DNA from: Kudoa neothunni
Lineage: Eukaryota; Animalia; Cnidaria
DNA length: 64,000 nucleotides
NCBI GenBank assembly: GCA_964304625.1
Contig: OZ199839.1
Span: 10,589,186 to 10,653,185, forward strand
Reading direction: 5' to 3'
Numbering within the stretch: position 1 is the first letter of the stretch; each line of letters opens with the position of its first letter. Made by a program: the position numbers and the translations under genes. This document shows, piece after piece, positions 24,003 through 35,279 of the stretch. The notes beneath the pieces are model-generated. The model was given only the letters and a program-made list of their open reading frames with translations. It was not told where the DNA came from and searched no databases.

Positions 24003-26733
24003 TATATGCAGCTGCGCGTCAATTTTGCGTTACTCGTCATTGCGTAGTAACTGAATAATAGCCCAATATCTCGTTGATTTTTAAATTTTTTATATATTCG
24101 GATACTGCCTAATAATAATTACATTATTATCTCGTAAAATATGTATAAAAATATTTATGAATAGAAAAATTAATATGAAATTGCGAAGTAATTTTGTATT
24201 GCGTAGCAATTCTAGGGTCCGGAAACCCCGTTTTGATTCAACATTGCGTAGTAGATTTAGCCGTGCCAATTATACAGAGGGATGTTGACAAAAAATTTAA
24301 AATTATCAGCTGTTAAACTCAATCAAATCAATGAGGAGCTCAAAAGTGAACAACTTAGAAATTTGATCTTATTAATAGAATAATTATGTCTTGGTTAAAA
24401 ATACATTTGAAATATGAAGAACATTCAACCCTCGATAGAATCATTGAGACAGAACAACAAATTTCCAGCTACGACCTTTCTAACAAACGAATAAGTGGAT
24501 GAAGGACAGACTTTTAGTGGTCTAACTTAATACCGGTCCACGAGCTAGTATCTCTGATGATAAGTGTCAAAAGGAACAACTAATCGTCCAACTGTCAATG
24601 TATAAAATTAAGAACGCTTTAAGAACTATTAGACAAACCTTTGCAGGTGTTGATCCAGAAGGTCTGTGTGATTTATATCCTGTTACGGATCGAAAATCAG
24701 CTATTTTAAAAGAAAGATAAATGCAGAATAAAATTATTAGATATTTCTCTAAAGATAAAATGAAAATTAGAACTACCTTAATTTCATTATATAAATGAAT
24801 TCATGTTTAAAAACGAGCTGATAAATGGTGTAATCGATTTTTTGGAAAATGCGCTTGACCGAAACTGAATATTGTGTACTAATTTTGTATTGCGTACTAC
24901 AGTAAGGCCTCGATAAAGCATACTTAGTGATTATTCAGTGTTTGTCAACATGAAAAGTTCAACGAATTCTGTTAATTAGCGTTTAAAAAGTCGTAAATAC
25001 TAAATTTAATTTTTGGTTTAATCATATTCAAAATTATAGAAATCGGTGGCCTCGCTATTGAATAAGTGACTTTTTTGTTAAAATAATCCGATTAGTCCTG
25101 TATTTTCTGATAATAAAAATAATGTTAAGAATATCTCAGAGACGCATCGAAGATAAAATCCAAATAATTCAATATTACGAATAGATTAAAGCAATATCAG
25201 GTGTCCGATGATGATGATGATGATGATGATAATGAAGCATTTTAACCTACTAAGCATTGGCTAGATTTTAATTTTCGAGAAATAAGAATAGGTTATTCTC
25301 CTCTCTCTCCCTGTTTGATGTTATCAAAAAAAGCTATTTGGTGTGTACCGACATTTCGATTGACTCAATACGAATTGCTCATGGAGAATACATCCAGATT
25401 GAGAATGAGTCGTTTAATTGGATTGTTAGCATGCGAGCAAAAAAGAAAAAAGTGTCAAAATTTAAAATTAAAGTTAAAGAAAGGCAAATCTTGAGCAAAC
25501 ATGATTAAAATCAAAAAATTTAATTTTAATAATGGGTGGTTTTGTAAATTCAAAAGCGGTTGAGTTTAAATAACAACAGGCTCGATGAACAGGCAGCAAG
25601 CGCTGGTATGTCAGTTAACGAATGGATTGAAAAAATTTCAGAGGTAGTAAGTAGTTATGGTAATAAAAATAAGTTTAATACTGATAAATCTACTCTTTCT
25701 TGCGAAAAACTTTTCCGATGTACATATACATTAAAAAGGGACTCTAAGAGAGGGATTGTAAAAAATGAAAATGGGGTTCCATTTTGGTAACTACCTCATT
25801 TTACAGCGAAAAGCTACTGCTTTATGTTGTTTGTATGTGATACTAAAAGACGTAGATAGTAAATTTATTAAAAAAAGTGGAAGCGATTATATATATCACG
25901 AGATCAATGCCTTTGTCAACCTCAATATATAATATATAATTCATTTAAAAATGTCGAATGAATTTTTCTCACAAAAATTGCAACTAGCACCATGTAGCCA
26001 ATAGACCTCGATATTATTCATAGTCTCAAAACTAATTATGCATAAATTTCGTACGCAATTCTTTTATTTAGAGTGAATGCCACAAATATCTCGGAATGTA
26101 CGATATAATTTTGTTTAAATACTCTAAGAAATGCTTGAGAAACCGTCGGTAGCTCTGTTATCGTGAATTGTGTCAAGAATCCTCCTATTTTCGGTAATTG
26201 TGATTTATTCGATTAAAAATATTCAATATATATAATAATAAATCATTTATTGGTTCTAATTAGGAAAAGTATGTAATTATTGACGGTATTAGTTGTGTCT
26301 CGTATGTTTCAATTATTTTAGATGATCTCGTTGATGTTGATGATAATTAATCTGAGAGCTATGGCATAAGAAACTTAAAAATTTATGTGTATAATTAAGA
26401 CAGACACTTTGATTTCGAAAACAAACAGTTTCATTGAAACAACTAAAAGTCTCAATCAACACAATTAAAAAATCCTTCAGCCCTATTTTCTCCATATCCT
26501 GTTATGGATTTTTATATGAAATATTTGAAATGTAAAAAAACTAAAATAGATAGCTATTCCGTCAAGAAAATTTAACATTAATATTGTGTGGGCATGAGCG
26601 AGAACTCGATATTGCAAGAGACCTTGCTATTGCGCGGTAAATTGCATTTCCCAAAAAACCACCCTATATCGAAGCCATACTGTAAGTTGGCGACCAAAAT
26701 TTACTACACAATGCGGAGACACGACTGCATATA
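24003..26733 (+). mobile_element. Outer pogo/Tigger-like non-autonomous element
   Basis: Ends TATATGCAG / CTGCATATA. Repeated subterminal ATTGCGTAGTAA motifs (24040, 24180, 24198, 24243, 24889; inverted at ~26701-26714). The internal remnant ends in QNKIIRYF (24724-24747), typical of pogo transposase C-termini. Confidence 0.7.
24900..26682 (+). mobile_element. Tigger/pogo transposon with decayed CENP-B-like DDE transposase, nested in the outer element
   Basis: TA + CAGTAAGGCCTCGATA ... TATCGAAGCCATACTG + TA (14/16). Remnant NGWFCKFK...EQAASA...VNEWIEKISEVVSSY...FNTDKS and PIDLDIIHSLKTNY. Confidence 0.88.
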
Positions 26734-26765
26734 GTCTGTGAGTAAGAGTTGTAACGATTAAAAAT

Positions 26766-27520
26766 CAGGGCTGCCAGCGGAGTTTTAAAAAGCAAAGGAT
26801 GGACGTTCGAAACCCCAAGGTTGAGAAACACGCTACTCTAAAGTACAAAAAAAACAGAATCGTATCTATTATAGTTTTTAACCTTCTTACAATTCAATAA
26901 TTACATCTTCAGACATTAAATTTAAATTTATCTTCTTATGATTGCGATGTTTTTGGCATGAACACTCACTCATACTTAAATACTTAATGTCTCGTGTAGA
27001 TCAATACACTCACAATTAATTACTTTATAATTCAAAATATATTTTAAAATAACGTTTAAATTTTCTAATAACGTGCGAAAATGTTTATTGAGTAATTATG
27101 TAACCGTGTCATGTTAAACAATCCAATGTGCCGTCGCTCAATATCGCAAATGCTTTAGCCCTGCGTGACAATAGTTCCCACACCCCTAAGAATGTGAACT
27201 GTGGGATTGGGTGTGCGAGATTCGATCACAATTGAAAATAATTTTTGAGAAATTTTTAGTCAGTTACACCTTATCGTATGAAAAGGGTGAAAATTTTGTT
27301 TTGAAATCAAATGGAGCGCCAGTCCAACTTAAGTTGGGAAACGTTGCCGCATGATTTTATTTGAATAGGATACGTCTTTAAAAATATTAATATTAATGAT
27401 GTAGATAAAAAAATTCTTATTCTTAAATATTTACCGGTTTTCAATAAAAACCCAAGATTTTTTATTAGATGAAAAAAATCCCAAGTTGACCATAAAAAAA
27501 CCCAAACCCTGGCAGCCCTG
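26766..27520. mobile_element. hAT-type MITE
   Basis: Perfect 12-bp TIR CAGGGCTGCCAG / CTGGCAGCCCTG and perfect 8-bp TSD TTAAAAAT (26758-26765, 27521-27528). Subterminal AAAACCCAA repeats. Confidence 0.92.
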
Positions 27521-27730
27521 TTAAAAATTATCATCGAGCTTGCTTACATACAGTTTAGGATCAAAATTTTACGTACTAATACCTTCTATCTTAAAAAATT
27601 TCTTCTTTTAGTGGATAACGTTTTAATTCAGGACTTATTATTTTCCCAATACAATAATAGAATCAGATATACATACACTTTCGTGTCACCTATCTTATGC
27701 CCCCTTTTTGAACCCTAGCCTAGTTAATAT

Positions 27731-28200
27731 GACAGGGTGGTGGTAGGCCGAGATCGCATATGTTAAGGTTTCGAGTTCGAAACTTAGTCCGAGCGTTCCC
27801 GTACTCCTACTCCGAAATTAAGTAGGTAGGCTATAGTAACCGCAAGGATCTACGATTTATCGTGACCTTGTCTGCAGCTGGGAGGGGTAGATCTAGGGTC
27901 CTCATAAACGCCGGGGTACAGGAACGAAATACAAACCAGTAGTGGGTTTCCGTAGAGCTGTCGCCCGCATTCAGACGACTTACCCAGACTAATTCTGGTT
28001 TAATCCAGGGTATGATTGGGGTGATGGTTGCTCCGAAATGAGGATGTTTATTGGATTAAAATCCAACACTATCGCATAAACGTAAGTCGCCTTAATATGA
28101 CGCTGCGGTTATTACAGCTACAGCGTAAATGGGGAAGCCAAACCAGCCGAACTTCACAATCTAACAAGTTGTGCCGGGGTTTGACCTTGTGAAAAAAAAA
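27731..28200 (+). mobile_element. tRNA-headed SINE-like element or structured Pol III RNA (~470 nt)
   Basis: GC-rich island starting GACAGGGTGG...CCGAG...GTTAAGG (tRNA-Ser/Leu-like), with a B-box-like GAGTTCGAAAC at 27773-27783, several helices and a terminal A9 tract (28192-28200). No TSD found. Confidence 0.6.
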
Positions 28201-29864
28201 TCTTTTTTAAAACCGATTGAAAATTTTGTTAACAATTGCAAATCAGTTGCAAGAAATGGGGTTCTCTAAAATGAGGAGGAATTATATACCCTGAAGAAAT
28301 CAAATCTCCGAACGATATCAAATCCGAGCGAATAAAATCTTATTCAAGAATTCCAAAATATCATTCTCAAATACTTTAAGTGAAACTGAAACATAAAATA
28401 TGACTATTTTTCTGGGTTGATATAGTGTTTTATCATTATTTAATTATTAGGAACAAAATGTGACGGCTAAATAATTAATATATTATTGGGGATACACATC
28501 ACATAATGTCGCGTTAAGGAGGTAATTATGTTTGTTGTATTAAACTTATTTTTACGACTATTTAATGATAAAATTGCAGATTGCTGAATTGATTTTACTT
28601 TGATTTTGAGGTACTGTACCTATAAGATGTAAGATGTACCTCAAATGGGCTATTATTTTAAAGGTGATAATTTAGCGAGTGTGACATTGATGCGTTTGTA
28701 AAATCTTAATTTACAGTTTTTAAAGTTATTTACAAACAATTTTCTTTTATTTACACATTTAGTTATGTTTTTCGTGCCCATTGTTCACTTAAATTTTGAA
28801 TGAAAAAAAAATTTCGATTCCATAACGCTACATTTTAAATCTTTCCTTCAAAATGATTAAAAAATGTAACCGTGATTGGTTTGTATTTAAATAGACGAAA
28901 AGAATTAAAATGATTGTAACAGTTATTTTAAAGAAAAAGTTTTTTATTCGTAGTTGTAGTTTATATTTTATAAACCAGTTCTTGTAAAAAATAATTTCTA
29001 ACAGCTTAAAAGTATTCATATATATCTAAAAAGTTGAGAAATTAATTTAAAAAAAAGTTCTACAACGATTATTGTTATGTATTATCTAATAAATCATTAT
29101 TGTCAATATTTATAATTACTTAATATATGTACTTCATAGAAAAAAATGTATAAACTAAAACTCAACCTTTTTTACTTTTTTTTTAAATTTCCAACTTTGG
29201 ATATTATCAGGTATGAAATAGTTTAGAAGATGGAAAGTTGATATCCAACTTGACGCGCATGCACAAAATAATTGATCGATGCAATCATATAGATTATATT
29301 AAGCCACTGTTTTTAAATCAGATATAAAATAAATGTTCAATTTATTTTAAAGACGATAAGAAATTTTACGTAGCTATGATATATATGAATAAGGTTTTTA
29401 TTTAATTATCATTTATCTTGTATTTTAACGATGATCAATACAAATTTTTTTAGCATTTTAACATATTTTAATCTCTATAACTAATCATTTTTACGAAATA
29501 AATTATCTTAATAAAAACAAACATTAAATTGAGGAACGAAAGGATTAATTAATATAATGATTTATCACATTAAAAATTATTCTTTCAAGTTTGAAGTCCA
29601 ATCACTCTTATAGACTAAATTGCATGGCATAGAGATGATATAGGTATATAATCATTATAAGAAGGGTAATTTAATTTTATATTTTTTCTTTAAAAGCAAT
29701 TATTGTTGTTTATAATTACTTCATTTTTTTTAAATATCAACAAAATTTTTAGCGTTCCAAAATAATACGCAATAAATTGGGTTAATAAAAGAGAATTACA
29801 ACATATATAAATGACAGAAAACACGGAATTAATACTGAGATACCAAAAATTATATAGGGATAAG

Positions 29865-32576
29865 TTAAGTGCTTGTTATTCCCCACAAATTTTTTATATC
29901 GTCGTTAAATGTTTTAAATTGTTCTTTAACACTTTCATCGTATTCAACAAAGTTTCTATTGCACCAGTATTGAATAGGAAGTGGAGGTTTATGGACGAAT
30001 TTATAAATGCTGAAACTGGTACCCACAAATAGAATAAGCACTCCAAAGACGAATGTCACAGCACAGCCAACTTTAGTATAGTTGTTGATGGAAAGTCCTT
30101 GTCTCATGAGAAGCAATAGTGAAAGGGCGGGAAGAATAAACACTAGAGAATATTCATTCATCCAACAGTATCAACGAAAATAATTTACCAACAGGTGCAG
30201 CAATAAGAGAACCCTAAATAAAAATAAATAATATTGATATCATTTTCAGAAACAATCTTAAATTATATGCAAAAAACGGAAGACATACTGATAAATTGAT
30301 GACGTCTTCAAGTGCTGAAATAAAAACGGCGCCAAAATAACACAATGTAACAAGGCCAAAGGTAAGCGAAATGTGAATGATAAGTTTGAATTTGACAACT
30401 TTATAAAGTAGTGTTGAAATAGCTTCTCTACATGAATATATTTGTAATGGTGATGTCAACATAACAGTTAACGAAAAAAGCTATTCTAGCGACTAGAATC
30501 ACTGTATCATCTGTGCAATAATCTTGTAGTAGATTTCCTAACAAATAAATACAGTTTGAGAAGACAATCTATAGTTGTTGATTGTGGAGTACCGCTGGCA
30601 TTTCCAGGTGAATGAGAGATAGCCGACGAGTGCTACTAGAGTGTAGAGAACAGTGGTGACAGCGAGAGCTAAGTGGGTGGCTAGCCCAAATTTTTTAACG
30701 CTCATTCCACGCATCGACCTAAACATCGGTAATACGTTGTGTTGGCAGGAGAGAGCTAGAACGAAAAATAGTTGAAAGCGAACACCGCCCATTATCCAAT
30801 CAATCTACCAAAGGCATAAACACTGATTGTACTAACAAAGCCAGCTCTCCCGTACGAAATAAATCCCTTAGTACAAAGCCTAATAACATATAATCAAAGA
30901 TGACCAAACACCTCTAAATAGTCACATTTTTTTAGGCATAATAAACACATTATGCATGACACATCCAATGTAAACAAATACAAGCAAAACTGAACAGAAC
31001 GAGGCCTTAAATCAAACAAAGTGATTATTACAAATAAATATCCAACCTATCGGCCATAAATTACTTTATCCAACCTGGATATATTTCTTAAGCATGCCAA
31101 CGGGAATATGATAGCATAAGTGACAAGGGCTAATAAAAATCTCTCATCAGTAAACCATTTGGGCTTTGTTTTATCGCCAGGGTCTCTGGGTGCTAATCAA
31201 ACAAATTATATGTTCCATCAGAGAAAATAAATGTATGTATTTTTATACCAAAATAAGAAACAATATCAGCCAAATTTTGACGTATACCAATAGAATATGA
31301 CATAACAGCTGTGGAAAAAACGAGTTAATTATCACATTCGTTAAAATTGATATCAACCAAATAAAGGATAAGTGATTTTGGCAGAGAGTAATAATAATGA
31401 CTCCAGGTCTACCGAGAGCTTTATTGACGACCGACTAGAAAAGAAATATTTTTCAGGTACATCCAATACTATGCAAACATAATGTTTCTCAAATTTTAAA
31501 AATGCAATCAGTGACCAGCTTTTAGCACATTTTCTTGATAAATTTTTTACGAAAAATAAGTTCATTATGTTTCGTTGTGAACAAAATTAAATAAAATAAC
31601 AGTATGATTGCGAAAAATTTAATAGAAATTATTTCAAGAATTTTTACTCGTTTTTGTTAACTAATTATATAAATTTCAAATAATAACAAAAATTATATCA
31701 ATTTTATTGGTGGCAATTTATAAAATTAAATTATATTAAAAAATTAGGCGTATAAATAAATCTGTAAGAAAATGCGTGAAACCGATCCTGCGAATTTTAT
31801 ATAATTTTCTCGCGGATCCGTGAGGATTGCTAAATGCCGCTTACTTAATAATATTACTTGATACGTGAATTTATCGGTGAGAGCACCACTTTTAGCAAGA
31901 GCCAAAATAGAAAAATCTATATTAGTAAAAATTATCCAAAATAATTAACAACACCAACAATCAACCACTCACCAGCTAACCCAGCACTCCATATAAGTAA
32001 AACAATCCCCAAAAATATGCCGCTGTGTGAGAGGGGCGTTAGGTAGAGCTAAGGTAACACGCACCATTAGATTACAAATGTTATTTCATAGAAACGCCCA
32101 CCTATCACCCCCGAACCAATAATCATATTGCACAGATTGATCATGGTTAAGAAGAGATTGCTAGTTGCAGAGTTTTCCTACAATGACAAGACATTGAATA
32201 ACCAAACTATATGTCGGCCAGTTCACAATTACACTCATTCCCAACAGTCCGTCTTTGCCGTTTAGTTTTCTACTGTCATCTTCCACCTTGGTGTCATCGA
32301 CAGATCCGGTGTTTTCGTTCGTTTCGTCGTTTGTACTGCTGCCTATGTTGAGAAGAATAGCAGGATTCTTTTGGAACGATTTTGTTCTTCAGAAATGGAT
32401 TTTTTTGAAGATGAATATTTTATCGAGCTAGCAGCTTCACTCTACGAAACAATTCGAATACAAACACATTTCGCAATGTGTTTGACGCGAAATACCGTGC
32501 CGGAGCTATCATTTATATAATACATTTCAGCGGTTGTAGCTGGTGTCCCGTCAACATTTTCCTCCCCTTCGCTCAT
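29865..32576 (-). CDS. SLC38/AAAP amino-acid transporter (SLC38A11-like), paralogue 1; four apparent +1 frameshifts
   Basis: The spliced model gives NLCNMIIGSGVIALP, DFSILALAKSG...TYQSVVNKALG, FPLACLRNISRLDK, YAFALSCQHN, VGYLSF, GNLLQDYC, MLTSPLQIYSCRE and VFILPAL. Mostly short GT-AG introns. One base must be removed at four sites to keep the frame. Confidence 0.88.
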
Positions 32577-33069
32577 AGAGATATGTTATAGAAAGTGACT
32601 ACTGGGATTAATATCGAACAAAATGTAAATACTATTAAAAAATGTGCTAATGACCTTTTTAATCGTTTATCATAAAGATTATATTTTTGTAATAAAGCTT
32701 TTGTTTTTTGGAACGCAACATATTAATTCTCGCTTATTTACATTTTTGGATTTTAATTAGAAAAAATTATCACCAGCTCATAAGGAGAGCCACCATATCG
32801 TAAATTTCCATAATGGGCTTATCGTATTATGAACTTTAATGCGTGTTATGTGATAAGAAACACGCATTACATGACCTATCATGGGTTTTACAATAAGTCC
32901 GTAGACCGTTTCTAACAAGGAGTTGTCAGATTTAGCATGGTTCTGGGTTAAAACGCGGAATAATGGCCGCATGTGCGCATCAAATAAACGAAAATTAACG
33001 AAAGGAATAATTTATCAAACTTGGTAATTTAATTTTATTTCTTATAGAAAAATCTCAAACAACTGAGTT

Positions 33070-33500
33070 TTTTGCTTTCGAGATAAAAATTCCGCGATAT
33101 AGTCCCACTCATGTGGACTTCTATTGGTTCGTTTTGCTCGTAGCATTCTCCTCAAATAGAGCCACAGATTTTCAACATTTTAAGTATGAACCTGGGGATC
33201 ATCTGTAGGATCAACAAAATTCTCTTCATGCATTATAATATGATGGGTCGTTTCCAAACGACTCATTATTTTAGGCCCTCCATCCATCGGTTATGATAAC
33301 TTTTTCTGCGGAAATTAGTTCATGTTGTACACAAAAATTACCAACATTATTAAAGTTTGAGAAGTAAGTAATAAACTGTAGATGCCACATTTTCGCGGGT
33401 TAATCTTCGTCAATCTCTTAATCCGTTTAGTACACATGCGGCTGCGATTCTGCATTTTTACCCTCTTTTGATAAGAACATTTACTGCAAATAAGCACATT
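33070..33500 (-). mobile_element. Merlin (ISXO2/IS1595-like) transposase remnant
   Basis: Minus strand reads KVIITDGWRA* and HHIIMHEENFVDPTDDPQVHT*NVENLW...YIAEFL, matching the Merlin/ISXO2 motifs I-x-TDGW and H-xx-V-N-H-xxx-FVDP-xxx-HT-N-x-I-E-xx-W. Confidence 0.8.
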
Positions 33501-35279
33501 GAATTAATAATAATCCCAATATAATGTGTGCACTGCAGATAACTTGGTGGGTCATACAAGTTTTTTGCATACGCTATTTATTTCAATGTTTCATCTTGGC
33601 AATTTGTATTGAGTTAAATACTTTTTAAGCTTAACTTAAAAAGTATTCGAAATTACTCTATAAAATGACGAATGTGACTTTGCAGGACCAACAAAAAGTT
33701 AGTTGAGCTGTTTGTCTTTAAATGATCTAGTATAAAATACCTTAAACAGTAGTGAAATAACTTGGGGAAGTCATAATTTTATTATTTTGTCCGCAACCTA
33801 GTATATTACACAGTTAGAATGGTTCCTCATTCCAAATTGAAATATTAAACATAGAAACTTGTTTTCTATTACTTGTAGAATGTTTCAAATTATTAAATAT
33901 CCAAAATAATATAATTTGTCAAAAGAATGAAAAAATAATTAATTACTACTCAAAATAACTTGTACACCGTATTATTAGGCAACAATATTGATAATTACCC
34001 ATACTATATTATTAGGTTAATACATGAAATGATATAATAATAAGACACGTGTATTGGTTTCCTTTCGGCAGTTCTCAAGAACCTGAATAATAAACTTGAG
34101 CTAACTAATAAGTCATCATTTCTAGTTAGTAGAATTAAACATATTTTTAAGCAAGAAAATTATTGGCACGAGAATTTAGATTACGGATAAAATAGCTCTT
34201 ATTTGGAGGCGGTCTATTATGCATTAATAACAAATTTTATAATGGAATATAATATTTTTGCTTTGCTTTGCTATGCTATGCTATATGGCATTATATTCAT
34301 TTTCGGATCGAGAATATTAGGATGAATATCTGAATAAGTAAATTTTTTTTAAATTGTCTCAATATGAATATTCTTATTTCTATTATGTGAAATATAATAT
34401 CTAATCAAGGTTTTTCTGTATTATTTTTGTTTTAGACATTCTAGATGTTCGAGCTAACAAACAGTGTAGTAAATCCTGAGGTGTCAAAAAATTAACATAT
34501 TTTATTATTATCCTATTATAAATTATATTATTTTCTTTTTTGTAATCAGCATTTATTTTTTTGATCTGTAAAATATATTGTTAAAATATTGAATTACCTT
34601 AACGAAAAAATTCACAATCTTTAGGAATAACTTCACGTTTTGTTGAATTAATCTTGGTTAATCCTTATCTTCACGCCTCAGCATAAATATTACAGGATTA
34701 TAGCTTATTTTTTTAATCCATGCAACGAAGACATAAATAAATATTATTCAAATTTTTTAAATTTATAATATCCATAATAATCGATAGTATTCGGTATTTG
34801 CTGAAGTGTACATAAATATTAGACAATGAGGATTGCTGATACATATTAAAACAATTCGGTAAAACTGCGAAATTGTTGTCGTATTGACCGAGTAAAGGTT
34901 AGGATTAGCCCGAGCATTAATTCTACAGTGTTAACTTGGAATTGTATGATATTCTAGTTGAACATTAATTGTAGGAACGCGTACATTTCATCCAATAAAT
35001 TCTTTTTGTTTATAACGATAAATTTTCGAAAAAATTAATCTTCTAATGCTTCGATAGAAATAAAATTCGTAGTCTTATAGATAAAGAATTAATAATACGT
35101 GATCATTGAGGGGAAAATGTGATAACGTATCAAAATCAGTTTTCATATTCGAATTTTAAGATACATGAATGTTTCTTTATTGATTGATTGTTATGACCTC
35201 TATAAATGATTATCAGAGTATACGAGTTCAATGTAATATTAGGTAGAAGCTTTTGGTATGGTAAATTTTACTCCCAAAC

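Noticed and set aside
27960-27985. CATTCAGACGACT resembling the 3' conserved region of RNase P RNA
   Set aside because: No upstream GGAAGGTCTGAG-type partner for the P4 helix was found; the tRNA-like head and A-tail fit a SINE better.
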